From Anaerolineaceae bacterium (GTDB lineage: Bacteria > Chloroflexota > Anaerolineae > Anaerolineales > Anaerolineaceae): a stretch of DNA of 64,000 bases. This document shows positions 46,506 to 55,082 of the stretch, piece after piece. Position numbers and translations under genes: made by a program. The notes beneath the pieces are model-generated. The model ran no database searches. It saw only the letters and a list, made by a program, of their open reading frames with translations, and was not told where the DNA came from. Numbering within the stretch: the first letter of the stretch is position 1; each line of letters begins with the position of its first letter. Where the stretch lies: the NCBI GenBank assembly GCA_034429975.1, contig DAOUFM010000118.1, forward strand, positions 18,570 to 82,569. The letters are read 5' to 3'.

Positions 46506-47147
46506 ATGACAGAAATCTCAACCACCTCAGGAAATGATCAACTTAATCACGAACAAGAAGTCGATATTGGAAATCGCATTCGCGATCTCCGAATTGATCG
46601 AGGTTTAACAATAAAAGAATTAGCTGCTTTGAGTGAACTTTCCGTCAACGCTTTAAGCCTGATTGAAAATGGGAAAACATCGCCTTCTATTAATACCATG
46701 CGGCAAATAGGAAAAGCCCTGAAAGTGCCGATGACAAAATTTTTTGAACCACAAAGGGAAGAAAAAAAAGTGGTTTACATTCCAAAAAATCAGCGTAATT
46801 CCGTGTTTGCCAAAGTAGCGGAATTTTCGTATTTAAGTAAAGATTTAGTTGGAAAAGGATTCGATGTTCTCATCGTCTCAACTCCACCATTATCAGACAG
46901 TGGACCAATACCAATTAATCACAGCGGCTATGAGTTTGTTTTTTGTCTGATAGGAAAAATTTTGTATTCAGTTGAAAATGAACATTTCTTGCTTGAACCT
47001 GGCGATAGTGTTGCTTTTATTGCATCTTTGAACCATCAATGGAAGAACCTTGACACGACTGAATCTAAATATTTATTAGTGATGGTAAGTACTGAAACTG
47101 AACCTGCGTTAATTGCAATCAATGAACACTTTCCTGACAAACACTAA
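46506..47147 (+). CDS. XRE-family HTH regulator with a C-terminal cupin sensor domain
   Basis: IGNRIRDLRIDRGLTIKELAALSELSVNALSLIENGKTSP is the HTH. GYEFVFCLIGKILYSVENEHFLLEPGDSVAF is the cupin. It is divergent from the operon. Confidence 0.85.
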   Translation: MTEISTTSGNDQLNHEQEVDIGNRIRDLRIDRGLTIKELAALSELSVNALSLIENGKTSPSINTMRQIGKALKVPMTKFFEPQREEKKVVYIPKNQRNSVFAKVAEFSYLSKDLVGKGFDVLIVSTPPLSDSGPIPINHSGYEFVFCLIGKILYSVENEHFLLEPGDSVAFIASLNHQWKNLDTTESKYLLVMVSTETEPALIAINEHFPDKH

Positions 47148-47333
47148 GTTAATAATTCTTTATATTAACTTTTTCAACCTACAAAATAGTATAATGGGTA
47201 AGCATTCATCTCTATTTTCCTGGGGATCATCTACTACGTTTGAACTCCGCAAAAGAGAAATCCAAACCTGACTGATTTATTGACTTGTCAGAAAACCAAA
47301 CCTATCCGAGGCTGACAAAGGAGATTACATCGT

Positions 47334-47819
47334 ATGGAAGAAACAAGAGAAAGTAACCTGACAAACGAGAATAATCGCTACGCTCGTTTTCGTCCGGTTT
47401 TATCCAAACGCTGGTTACTCATCATCGCCGGCTGCATGTGGTCAGCAGTTGGTATTATGCTGATGACCTACGCGATCGTGTGGCTGACCAGGGAGCTTTC
47501 CATTAGCTCAATTCTGCTGGGTCTTCTTGGCGTGGCTCTTTCGATAGCGATGTTTCGTTTCATTTTTAAGAAAATTGCCAATAAAAATGTAGATCGCATC
47601 CTCTCGCTAGATGACAAAGCCTGTCTTTTTTCCTTCCAGCCCTGGACCAGTTATTTGATCATCGTCTTTATGATGACACTTGGAATTATCCTGAAAAACT
47701 CTGCCATCCCCAAACCTTACCTGGCCGTCGTCTACATGACCATCGGCAGTGCCCTCTTTCAAGCCAGCATCACCTATTACACGCACTTTGCTGTGTACCA
47801 AAGTTCAGGCGTTTCTTAA
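47334..47819 (+). CDS. 161-aa 4-TM hypothetical membrane protein
   Basis: AAGGAG SD and hydrophobic segments. Confidence 0.6.
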   Translation: MEETRESNLTNENNRYARFRPVLSKRWLLIIAGCMWSAVGIMLMTYAIVWLTRELSISSILLGLLGVALSIAMFRFIFKKIANKNVDRILSLDDKACLFSFQPWTSYLIIVFMMTLGIILKNSAIPKPYLAVVYMTIGSALFQASITYYTHFAVYQSSGVS

Positions 47820-47996
47820 GAATCAGGCAGATCTTAATATCTCATCCCAACCCACACCACCCCCTAATCATCTCCCATTATAAAATCTAACAAAATTCTT
47901 CCTGAATGATAAATTTAGCTGCAAATAACGATCTTTATCATATTGACTTCAATCCAACGAGGTGATAACCTAATACATAAGGCTAACGGAAGAGTT

Positions 47997-48065
47997 TATG
48001 AAAATTCTGGTAAAGCATTTTCTCTCCTTCTAAGCGGACACGTCCGATGTGTCCGCTTATATTTT
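47997..48065 (+). promoter_or_regulatory. 10-aa uORF whose stop overlaps a rho-independent terminator, upstream of gdhA
   Basis: GGAAGAG-N3-ATG. The uORF encodes MKILVKHFLSF* (47997-48032). The stem AAGCGGACAC (48031-48040) pairs with GTGTCCGCTT (48048-48057) and is followed by ATATTTT. Confidence 0.45.
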
Positions 48066-48110
48066 AAGGGCTCAACCGCTGACCAAATCTCAAGCTTACA
48101 GGAGAAATAA

Positions 48111-49397
48111 ATGGCTTCTTCAACCAATGCATTTGAAATGGCACAAGCCCAGTTCGATCATGTTGCTGAGTTGCTGCAATTAGACCCGGATGTGCGCGAG
48201 ATCCTGCGCTGGCCTTTGCGCGAATTTCAATTCCGCATCCCGGTGCGGATGGATGATGGCAGTATCCGCGTTTTTCAGGGTTTTCGCGTTCAGCACAATG
48301 ACTCCCGCGGACCAAATAAAGGCGGTATTCGTTTTCATCCGGCAGAAACGATCGATACTGTACGGGCGCTGGCAACCTGGATGACGTGGAAATGTGCCGT
48401 GGTCGATATCCCGCTGGGCGGTGGCAAGGGTGGTGTGGTGGTTGACCCTGCTACGCTTTCTACAGCCGAGAAAGAACGCCTGGTGCGTGGGTATATTCAG
48501 CAGCTCTGGAGAAATATCGGCCCCCGCCAGGACGTGCCGGCGCCAGATGTGGGCACCACGCCGCAAATGATGGGCTGGATGATGGATGAATACTCCAAAT
48601 TAACCGGTCAATATACCCCCGGCGTCATCACCGGCAAACCGGTCGGTAATGGCGGGTCGCTTGGTCGTACCGAAGCCACCGGTTTTGGCGTAATCTACAC
48701 CGTCAGGGAAGCGCTCAAACATCTCAAATTAGATCCCACAAAATGTACCGCCGCTATTCAGGGCTTTGGCAATGTCGCTCAATATGCAGCCATTGGATTT
48801 ATTGAATTCCTGGGTGGCAAGGTGATCTGCGTTTCCTATTGGGATCGTGAAGATCGTGCTTCTTACACTGTCAGCAAAGCTGATGGAATTGATCCGCATT
48901 TCTTAAGAGCCATCACCGACCAGTATGGCACCATCGATAAAGCCAAAGCCAGAGAAGCAGGCTATGTGATTGAAGATGGCGACGCCTGGATCTCCAAGGA
49001 AGTGGATGTTATCATCCCCGCTGCGTTGGAAGGCCAGATTAACGCCGACAGCGTTAAGAAGATACATGCCAGTGTAAAAATAATTGCCGAAGGCGCCAAT
49101 GGCCCCACCACCCCTGATGCAGACAAGGTCATTCAGGAGAAAGGCATTTTCCTGGTGCCCGACTTTTTATGCAATGCCGGCGGTGTGACCGTCTCTTACT
49201 TTGAAGGCGTGCAAAACGATATGAACTTCTACTGGGGCAAAGAAGAAGTGCTCGAAAAAGAAGATCAGAAAATGACCTCTGCTTTCCAGGCTGTGCTCGA
49301 AATGTCATTGAAAGAAGATGTCTACATGCGCGACGCAGCTTACATGGTCGCCATTGCCCGGGTGGTGAAAGCCATGGGGCTGCGCGGCTGGATATAA
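48111..49397 (+). CDS. gdhA: Glutamate dehydrogenase
   Basis: GGIRFHP and DIPLGGGKGGV motifs, with a GFGNV Rossmann motif. 428 aa. Confidence 0.92.
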   Translation: MASSTNAFEMAQAQFDHVAELLQLDPDVREILRWPLREFQFRIPVRMDDGSIRVFQGFRVQHNDSRGPNKGGIRFHPAETIDTVRALATWMTWKCAVVDIPLGGGKGGVVVDPATLSTAEKERLVRGYIQQLWRNIGPRQDVPAPDVGTTPQMMGWMMDEYSKLTGQYTPGVITGKPVGNGGSLGRTEATGFGVIYTVREALKHLKLDPTKCTAAIQGFGNVAQYAAIGFIEFLGGKVICVSYWDREDRASYTVSKADGIDPHFLRAITDQYGTIDKAKAREAGYVIEDGDAWISKEVDVIIPAALEGQINADSVKKIHASVKIIAEGANGPTTPDADKVIQEKGIFLVPDFLCNAGGVTVSYFEGVQNDMNFYWGKEEVLEKEDQKMTSAFQAVLEMSLKEDVYMRDAAYMVAIARVVKAMGLRGWI

Positions 49398-49417
49398 ACT
49401 GAATTTTCAAGTCAACC

Positions 49418-49455
49418 TAAAGGCTGACACGAAAAACGGTCAGCCTTTATTTTTT
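49418..49455. terminator. Bidirectional terminator
   Basis: TAAAGGCTGAC (49418-49428) pairs with GTCAGCCTTTA (49439-49449), followed by T6. Confidence 0.7.
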
Positions 49456-49704
49456 GCTTATGGACAAAAAACGGCGCAAGTTAACCCCACCGGAAGCGGT
49501 CATGGCGATTCCAGCACCAATCGCCAGCCCAATAGGGTGTTCTTTAAAATAGGAAGCATCCAGAAAAAATGTGAGAAACAAGAGGATGCCATGCAGATAG
49601 AATTGAGGGCTTTTAGTCATAAAGGCGATAAAGAAGCAAATTAACGGGCTGATGATGGTAGCCATAGAATAGACCATTGCAAGATTGTCAGAACGCCTGC
49701 CCAA
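49447..49704 (-). CDS. Small 2-TM membrane ORF overlapping the previous one in another frame
   Basis: 85-aa track ORF with no SD of its own. Internal ATGs at 49677 and 49665. Confidence 0.35.
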   Translation of the reverse strand: MGRRSDNLAMVYSMATIISPLICFFIAFMTKSPQFYLHGILLFLTFFLDASYFKEHPIGLAIGAGIAMTASGGVNLRRFLSISKK

Positions 49705-49802
49705 ATCACCACCAAACCCAGGGCAATCTCCCAGATACCATCACCCATGAATTTCAGAACCAGGTCTGTCCGCACAACCGTTTTCTTTTGTTTTTTTGCC
49801 AT
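49641..49802 (-). CDS. 53-aa small membrane ORF, possibly the 5' half of a frameshifted gene
   Basis: ATG 49802 with an AGAGG SD. My translation is MAKKQKKTVVRTDLVLKFMGDGIWEIALGLVVIWAGVLTILQWSILWLPSSAR*. It is below the track cutoff. Confidence 0.4.
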   Translation of the reverse strand: MAKKQKKTVVRTDLVLKFMGDGIWEIALGLVVIWAGVLTILQWSILWLPSSAR

Positions 49803-49859
49803 GAATTACCTCTTTTAATGGGATAAATCCATCATAGCGGAACTGCGGATACCTGTCAA

Positions 49860-50501
49860 TTAAAGGATCAATTGTCTTTGAATAGCGATTGAAACTGCAG
49901 CAACGCGACTTTCCACCCCTAGTTTTGTGAAGATATTGCCAATATGATATTTGACAGTCGAAGCGCTGATCAATAACTTCCCGGCAATTTCATTGTTGGA
50001 TAGACCATTAATAATAAACTTGAGCACATCCCGTTCTCGTTCGGTTAAATCTTCTAGCGGCAGGAGCGGATATTCATTTGAGTCAGAAAAAACTTTGCTC
50101 ACTTCAGGTGCAATCATCATGCGGCCGGCGATTGCCGATCGAATTGCCTGCGCCAGTTCCCTGGACTGCACATTCTTCATCAGATAACCGTTTGCCCCAG
50201 CCTGTAAAGCGCCTTGTAATAAAGCATCATCCAGATAACTGGTCAGAGCGATCATAGTTATTTTTGGTTGTTTCTGGCGAATAGCCCGAATGGCAGCCAA
50301 CCCTCCTATTCCGGGCATTTTCAAATCCATGAGAAGAACATCCGGCTGCAATGCCACCGTTTTCTCAATCGCTTCCTCGCCACTGGATGCCTCACCAATC
50401 AATTCAAAATCTTCAATGGTCATTAAAAAAGCACTCAATCCACTGAGAACTACAGCATGGTCGTCCACAATCAAAATTTTAATTTTTTTAGCCGCTTTCA
50501 T
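49860..50501 (-). CDS. NarL/LuxR-family response regulator (REC + HTH)
   Basis: ILIVDDH...LLMDLKMPG (receiver Asp) and LTERERDVLKFIINGLSNNEIA (LuxR HTH). Confidence 0.9.
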   Translation of the reverse strand: MKAAKKIKILIVDDHAVVLSGLSAFLMTIEDFELIGEASSGEEAIEKTVALQPDVLLMDLKMPGIGGLAAIRAIRQKQPKITMIALTSYLDDALLQGALQAGANGYLMKNVQSRELAQAIRSAIAGRMMIAPEVSKVFSDSNEYPLLPLEDLTERERDVLKFIINGLSNNEIAGKLLISASTVKYHIGNIFTKLGVESRVAAVSIAIQRQLIL

Positions 50502-50519
50502 TTACCCTCTGCGCGTTAT

Positions 50520-51089
50520 TTATTTACCTTCAATTAAATTCAATGCCAGGTGCTGAGTTTTTATCATGGCTGTTTGGAAAGCCTTTTCTTTCATTTGCAT
50601 TACCACCACCTTCGCATCGATAAACTCCATACCCAATGCTTTCGCTACTGAGATACGGTGATGACCATCCCGCACAAAATAATAAATTCCAAGCTGAACC
50701 AGTTCGACTGCTGGAACATGGTCTCCTCGTAAAAATAAATCTGAAATACATAACCAGCGCTGATGGTTGCGTTCAGACTTTGGGGCAAAATTATCATCAT
50801 AATCCTGACAACGGTTTTCTGATCCAATCACCAGGCGCAAAGGAATAGCATGCACGCCGATTTCAACCATGTTTACCGCGGTACCCTCTTGAACAAATGC
50901 AGTGAGCGGGAACAGTTCACAGGGTTTTCTTAGCAAGTTTTTGAAAAATCGGTGAAAAAAGCCTTTTAAACGCATGCGATTGTACAGGGCAAAAGATTGT
51001 TCTCGGATCATAATCGAACGCGAGGGTTCACCCCATTCGACCTCATGCCGGAAATATGTGCGGTTATCCATCGTATTTCTTGTTTTCAT
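50520..51089 (-). CDS. ParB/sulfiredoxin-like domain protein
   Basis: The C-terminal half has YYFVRDGHHRISVAKALG (the DGHHR ParB N-domain motif). The N-terminal ~100 aa are not recognised. Confidence 0.6.
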   Translation of the reverse strand: MKTRNTMDNRTYFRHEVEWGEPSRSIMIREQSFALYNRMRLKGFFHRFFKNLLRKPCELFPLTAFVQEGTAVNMVEIGVHAIPLRLVIGSENRCQDYDDNFAPKSERNHQRWLCISDLFLRGDHVPAVELVQLGIYYFVRDGHHRISVAKALGMEFIDAKVVVMQMKEKAFQTAMIKTQHLALNLIEGK

Positions 51090-51457
51090 CGTTTAGATTT
51101 TTCCTTTTCTCACTCTGAAGAATACAATAGTTAACCACACGAGTCACCCATAAACCTGCCAGTTATCTCTAAGACAGGCGATGGATATTTTTCCTCGCCT
51201 TTTGACCAGCAGAAACTTTCTTCAGGAAAAAAGATTCGCAATTCGATCGGAAATCATTACAATTAGTAGAAATAACCAGAATTGTCGTGAAATAAGCTTT
51301 TTTTTACAAAAATCACCAATAAATACCTGCAGCTAACAAAAATGTGAAGCTTTTTTGTTATTTATTTATTTCCAAATTGTTTTTTTCATATATACTATAA
51401 TCAAGTTCTATGTTTCGCTGTGAGGTTTTTGGTTTGCCAGGTATCAAGGAGTGATCT

Positions 51458-52150
51458 ATGAAAAATACTGTCCTGAATTTGCTAACGGTTCTGGTTTTGG
51501 TGGCGATTGCGGTTTTCTGTCTTATTCTCGCTGTCTTATTTATCAACCCGAATTCACCCATTAACCCATTCCCACCAGGCAAGCTACCAGAATTGTTGGT
51601 ATTACCAACTGCCACGGCAACTGAAAGACAACTCCCCACCTTCGAAGATTTGCCAGATGTTTTTCCTCCTACATCCACCCAAGCGATTGCACAATTACCA
51701 ACCCTAAGACCCTCATCAACTCCATTACCTACCTTTACCTCCTTTGTTTTACCCAGTGCAACCCCATCCAATACCCCCACCAAAACACCGACCGAAACTC
51801 CGGAAGCAACCGCTACCAGCGAGCTTTATCAGTGTTCCATTATTTTCTCGCAACCCAATGGCGCAACTTTTCCTCCCGGGGGTGATTTTGATGGAAAATG
51901 GAACCTACGCAACACCGGCACCCAGCAATGGAGTGATGAATTTGATTGGGTATTCGTCAGCGGGGATCGTTTCCAGGTCTCAGCGGATGTGGTTGACCTC
52001 AACCAATACATCAACCCCGGCAATGATGTCACCTTTATTGTCGATATGATTGCACCCAAACAACCTGGAACTTACAAAGCCAAATGGGCTTTACGTACCA
52101 ATCAGGGTTTGTTTTTCTGTGAATCAGAAATCACTCTGACCGTAAGATAA
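51458..52150 (+). CDS. Membrane-anchored protein with a Pro/Thr-rich linker and an NBR1-like Ig domain
   Basis: N-terminal TM, then a PT-rich stretch. The C-terminus GDFDGKWNLRNTGTQQW...PGTYKAKWALRT resembles the NBR1-type Ig-like domain. Confidence 0.6.
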   Translation: MKNTVLNLLTVLVLVAIAVFCLILAVLFINPNSPINPFPPGKLPELLVLPTATATERQLPTFEDLPDVFPPTSTQAIAQLPTLRPSSTPLPTFTSFVLPSATPSNTPTKTPTETPEATATSELYQCSIIFSQPNGATFPPGGDFDGKWNLRNTGTQQWSDEFDWVFVSGDRFQVSADVVDLNQYINPGNDVTFIVDMIAPKQPGTYKAKWALRTNQGLFFCESEITLTVR

Positions 52151-52160
52151 GTAGATGACA

Positions 52161-52188
52161 AAAAGGGCTGCAAAATCAGCCCTTTTTT
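52161..52188. terminator. Bidirectional terminator between convergent genes
   Basis: AAAAGGGCTG (52161-52170) pairs with CAGCCCTTTT (52177-52186). Confidence 0.75.
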
Positions 52189-52219
52189 ATTTAATAATCC
52201 TCCGGTTGATTAGAGGAAC

Positions 52220-53179
52220 TTATTTTTCCTGCCAGCTTTGAGTGTACCAGGTCAGGTACTCTCCGATATGGCTTGTCCAATAATCAGCCGTATGCCCTCC
52301 AGGGTTTACTGAATATTCCAGTGGAACCTGGTTTTGCTGTAAATATAAAACGAAGGGTTCGCTAAACTTCCGATAGGGATCCATCTCACCAATATCGAAC
52401 CAAAATTGCGGGAGGCTGTTCGTATCCTTTTGCAGCCATTCTTTTACTCTGTTCATATCTCCGGAAAAAGTGGTAAAACTGTGACCGCCAATCTTCTCAA
52501 AAGCATCCGGGTAAGCGAACCCAACCCTGACTGCCCAATTTCCACCTCTGGATAATCCTCCCAGAGCACGGTATTGGCGTTCCAGCCGAAAATTATATTG
52601 CCTGATTAACTGCGGCACCAAATCATCCACCAATGCCTGGTCATAGCGGGAGGTGTAGGAGTCCTGCAGATATAAACGTTCAAACGGCATGATAATCGCC
52701 AGCGGTTCAATCTTTTTTGCAGTGATCCACTGGTCTGCTAAATCGGTCAGCCCCAGTTTGATCCACTGATCCTGGACGCCATTTTGACCATGCAGCATGA
52801 TCAAAAATGGGTAACCCACCTCTCTTTTTGAGTTATAACAGGGAGGTAAATACACATTTGCTTTAATGGATTCAGCCAATATTTCAGAATAAAATTTTTC
52901 TTCATGGATAGTGCCTGTGGTTTCCAGGCAGGGGATTTCAGCAGCAGTTGGAGATGGCAAGATCACGGTTGGAGAAGGCGTTTTTGTCGCAGTTCGAACG
53001 AGTGTTGGGAGGATGATTTCAGTTCGCGAGATGACAACTGTTGGGATAATGACATGATCAGAGATGTTGTTTTCAGGGGTCTGCATTGGGGTCAGTTGAC
53101 AGCCACTCACAAGAATTCCTGAAATAGCAGCCGCAATAAAAAAGAGAAAAATTCCCCATTTGTATCTTGACGATTTCAT
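52220..53179 (-). CDS. Secreted lipoprotein esterase (alpha/beta hydrolase, esterase-D / enterochelin-esterase-like)
   Basis: Lipobox LVSGC. FLIMLHGQNG and ALGGLSRGGNWA (G-x-S-x-G nucleophile elbow). Confidence 0.7.
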   Translation of the reverse strand: MKSSRYKWGIFLFFIAAAISGILVSGCQLTPMQTPENNISDHVIIPTVVISRTEIILPTLVRTATKTPSPTVILPSPTAAEIPCLETTGTIHEEKFYSEILAESIKANVYLPPCYNSKREVGYPFLIMLHGQNGVQDQWIKLGLTDLADQWITAKKIEPLAIIMPFERLYLQDSYTSRYDQALVDDLVPQLIRQYNFRLERQYRALGGLSRGGNWAVRVGFAYPDAFEKIGGHSFTTFSGDMNRVKEWLQKDTNSLPQFWFDIGEMDPYRKFSEPFVLYLQQNQVPLEYSVNPGGHTADYWTSHIGEYLTWYTQSWQEK

Positions 53180-53196
53180 CTTGTTGCGATTATACT
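53167..53196 (+). promoter_or_regulatory. Promoter TTGACG-18-TATACT for tRNA-Pro
   Basis: -35 at 53167-53172 and -10 at 53191-53196, 9 nt before the tRNA 5' end. It lies within the first codons of the opposite-strand esterase gene. Confidence 0.5.
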
Positions 53197-53205
53197 CTGT
53201 TTGCT

Positions 53206-53279
53206 CGGGGTGTAGCGCAGTTGGATAGCGTACCGCGTTTGGGACGCGGGGGTCGGCGGTTCAAGTCCGCCCACCCCGA
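53206..53279 (+). tRNA. tRNA-Pro (anticodon UGG)
   Basis: Folded by hand. Acceptor CGGGGTG/CACCCCG, D stem GCGC/GCGT, anticodon stem CCGCG/CGCGG with loop TTTGGGA, T arm GGCGG-TTCAAGT-CCGCC, discriminator A. CCA is not encoded. Confidence 0.9.
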
Positions 53280-53283
53280 CAGG

Positions 53284-53308
53284 AAAACAGTCTTTCGGCT
53301 GTTTTTTT
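53284..53308 (+). terminator. Rho-independent terminator after the tRNA
   Basis: AAAACAGTC (53284-53292) pairs with GGCTGTTTT (53297-53305), followed by further Ts. Confidence 0.65.
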
Positions 53309-53398
53309 AATCAGTCTGTTTTCTTTTTTTTATTATTTATCCTTTCCATGATAAAATTTGAATTTGAGAATCATATTTAAATGAGGTGATCAGAAATT

Positions 53399-53710
53399 AT
53401 GGCTAAAATTAAATACGATGGAATATTGGAAGCAGTGCATCTGGACGCGGATGGTCAAGTAGAAATCGCTCGTATTTATGAAAAGAGAGGCGCTGTTTTT
53501 TCTGATCGTTTCCTGGTAAGTCGCGATGAGTTAATCAAACGCATTAACAAAGGCCAGAAATTTCTGCTAGGCACCCGCATACCCAAAACTGGATCGGTGT
53601 TCAATACCAGCGAGCCGGTGCGCGTGGCCTCAGTAGATGGCAAAGAGAACCTGCAGGTAGGGGAAGGGGATGCCAAAGGGGATCTGTTGACAAACGTTCC
53701 TCGTTTTTAA
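53399..53710 (+). CDS. 103-aa hypothetical protein
   Basis: GAGGTGA SD. Its stop overlaps the next start (TAATG). Confidence 0.6.
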   Translation: MAKIKYDGILEAVHLDADGQVEIARIYEKRGAVFSDRFLVSRDELIKRINKGQKFLLGTRIPKTGSVFNTSEPVRVASVDGKENLQVGEGDAKGDLLTNVPRF

Positions 53711-54453
53711 TGTCCGAGTTTTTTCTGTCGATTATTATTCCAGCACATAATGAAGAAGAACGTTTACCACCTTCTTTAGAATTGGTGGCTGATTTTGTTC
53801 AGCAGCAATCCTATCCAATTGAAGTGATTGTGGTGGAGAATGGCAGCAGTGACCAGACCCTGCAAGTTGCTCAATCCTTTCAGCAAAAAATGCCTTTTTT
53901 ACGAGTAATAAGCGAGCAGCAAAGCGGCAAGGGATTGGCAGTCAAAAGCGGTATGTTAGCTGCCAGAGGAACTTATCGCATCTTTTGTGATGCTGATTTT
54001 TCCATGCCGGTCAGCGAAATCAGCAAATTCATACCAGCAGAAAATGAATCTTATGATATTGCGATTGCCTCCCGGGAGTTACCTGGTTCCCGACGAGTGG
54101 ATGAACCGGAGTTCCGCCATTTAATTGGGCGGGTTTTTAATGCGTTGGTTCGTTATTCTTTACTACCCGGCTTGCATGACACTCAGTGCGGTTTCAAGGC
54201 CTTTCGAGGTGCAATCGTACCGCATCTTTTTAACCTGCAGACCATGTCTGGCTGGTCATTTGACGCGGAATTGCTCTTTATTGCCCAGCGCTTCCAATAT
54301 AAAATCATCGAAGTGCCTATCACCTGGCATTACAAGCCGGGTACCCGTTTACATATTTTTAAAGATTCCATCCAGATGGCATCCGACCTGTTTACGATCC
54401 GGCGTAACGCCCGGCAAGGATTGTATGACCAGAAGAACCAGGCCAGTCATTGA
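53710..54453 (+). CDS. Family 2 glycosyltransferase (dolichyl/polyprenyl-phosphate glycosyltransferase-like)
   Basis: SIIIPAHNEEERL, VVENGSSD and FCDADFS (DxD) motifs. Confidence 0.85.
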   Translation: MSEFFLSIIIPAHNEEERLPPSLELVADFVQQQSYPIEVIVVENGSSDQTLQVAQSFQQKMPFLRVISEQQSGKGLAVKSGMLAARGTYRIFCDADFSMPVSEISKFIPAENESYDIAIASRELPGSRRVDEPEFRHLIGRVFNALVRYSLLPGLHDTQCGFKAFRGAIVPHLFNLQTMSGWSFDAELLFIAQRFQYKIIEVPITWHYKPGTRLHIFKDSIQMASDLFTIRRNARQGLYDQKNQASH

Positions 54454-55078
54454 GATACCGGCGGCGCCCAATTTAGAGTATGAGTGCCAGCTTTGGGATC
54501 GAGGGGTACAAATGGTGGCTGGTGTGGATGAAGCCGGGAGAGGAGCCTGGGCTGGGCCGGTCGTGGCAGCAATGGTCATCTTCCCTAATGAGAATAATCT
54601 CGCACAGGTTCTGTTCGGTGTCCGCGACTCGAAGCAAATAAACGCTGAAAAACGAGCTTATTGGGCCGGTATCATTCAGGAACAAGCTCTCGCCTGGGGT
54701 GTTGGTTTTTCGGATCATAGCGAGATCGACCAGATAGGGATTTTACCAGCCACGCGCCTGGCTATGCAGCGGGCACTGGAGCGATTAACCATCCCGGCAC
54801 AGCATCTCTTAATCGATGCGGTTGTTCTCCCCAAAAACACCGTTCCACAAACTGCTCTGATCAAGGGCGACCAACGCAGTCTGAGCATCGCAGCTGCTTC
54901 CATCCTGGCAAAAACCACCCGGGATGCTTTTATGCAGCAAGAAGAAACCAGCTATCCAGGCTACGGCTTTACCCGCCATAAAGGCTACGGCACCCGCTTC
55001 CATCAGGCAGCGCTCAAAGAGCTTGGACCGTGCCCAATTCACCGCATGAGCTTTCGACCGCTGCGTGAGCAATCCTGA
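54425..55078 (+). CDS. rnhB: Ribonuclease HII
   Basis: VAGVDEAGRGAWAGPVVAA, DSKQ and GYGT motifs. ATG 54425 is preferred; the track ORF from 54125 runs antiphase through the GT2 gene. Confidence 0.88.
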   Translation: MTRRTRPVIEIPAAPNLEYECQLWDRGVQMVAGVDEAGRGAWAGPVVAAMVIFPNENNLAQVLFGVRDSKQINAEKRAYWAGIIQEQALAWGVGFSDHSEIDQIGILPATRLAMQRALERLTIPAQHLLIDAVVLPKNTVPQTALIKGDQRSLSIAAASILAKTTRDAFMQQEETSYPGYGFTRHKGYGTRFHQAALKELGPCPIHRMSFRPLREQS

Positions 55079-55082
55079 AGGA

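Noticed and set aside
51358-51783. 141-aa minus-strand ORF (also 23298-23759 and 34354-34806)
   Set aside because: These are antisense to well-supported genes (the NBR1-like protein, the FGase-like protein and purH). They have biased low-complexity composition and no SD.
54125-54424. N-terminal 100-codon extension of the RNase HII ORF
   Set aside because: The extension overlaps the GT2 gene in another frame and has an atypical composition. RNase HII homology starts only after ATG 54425.
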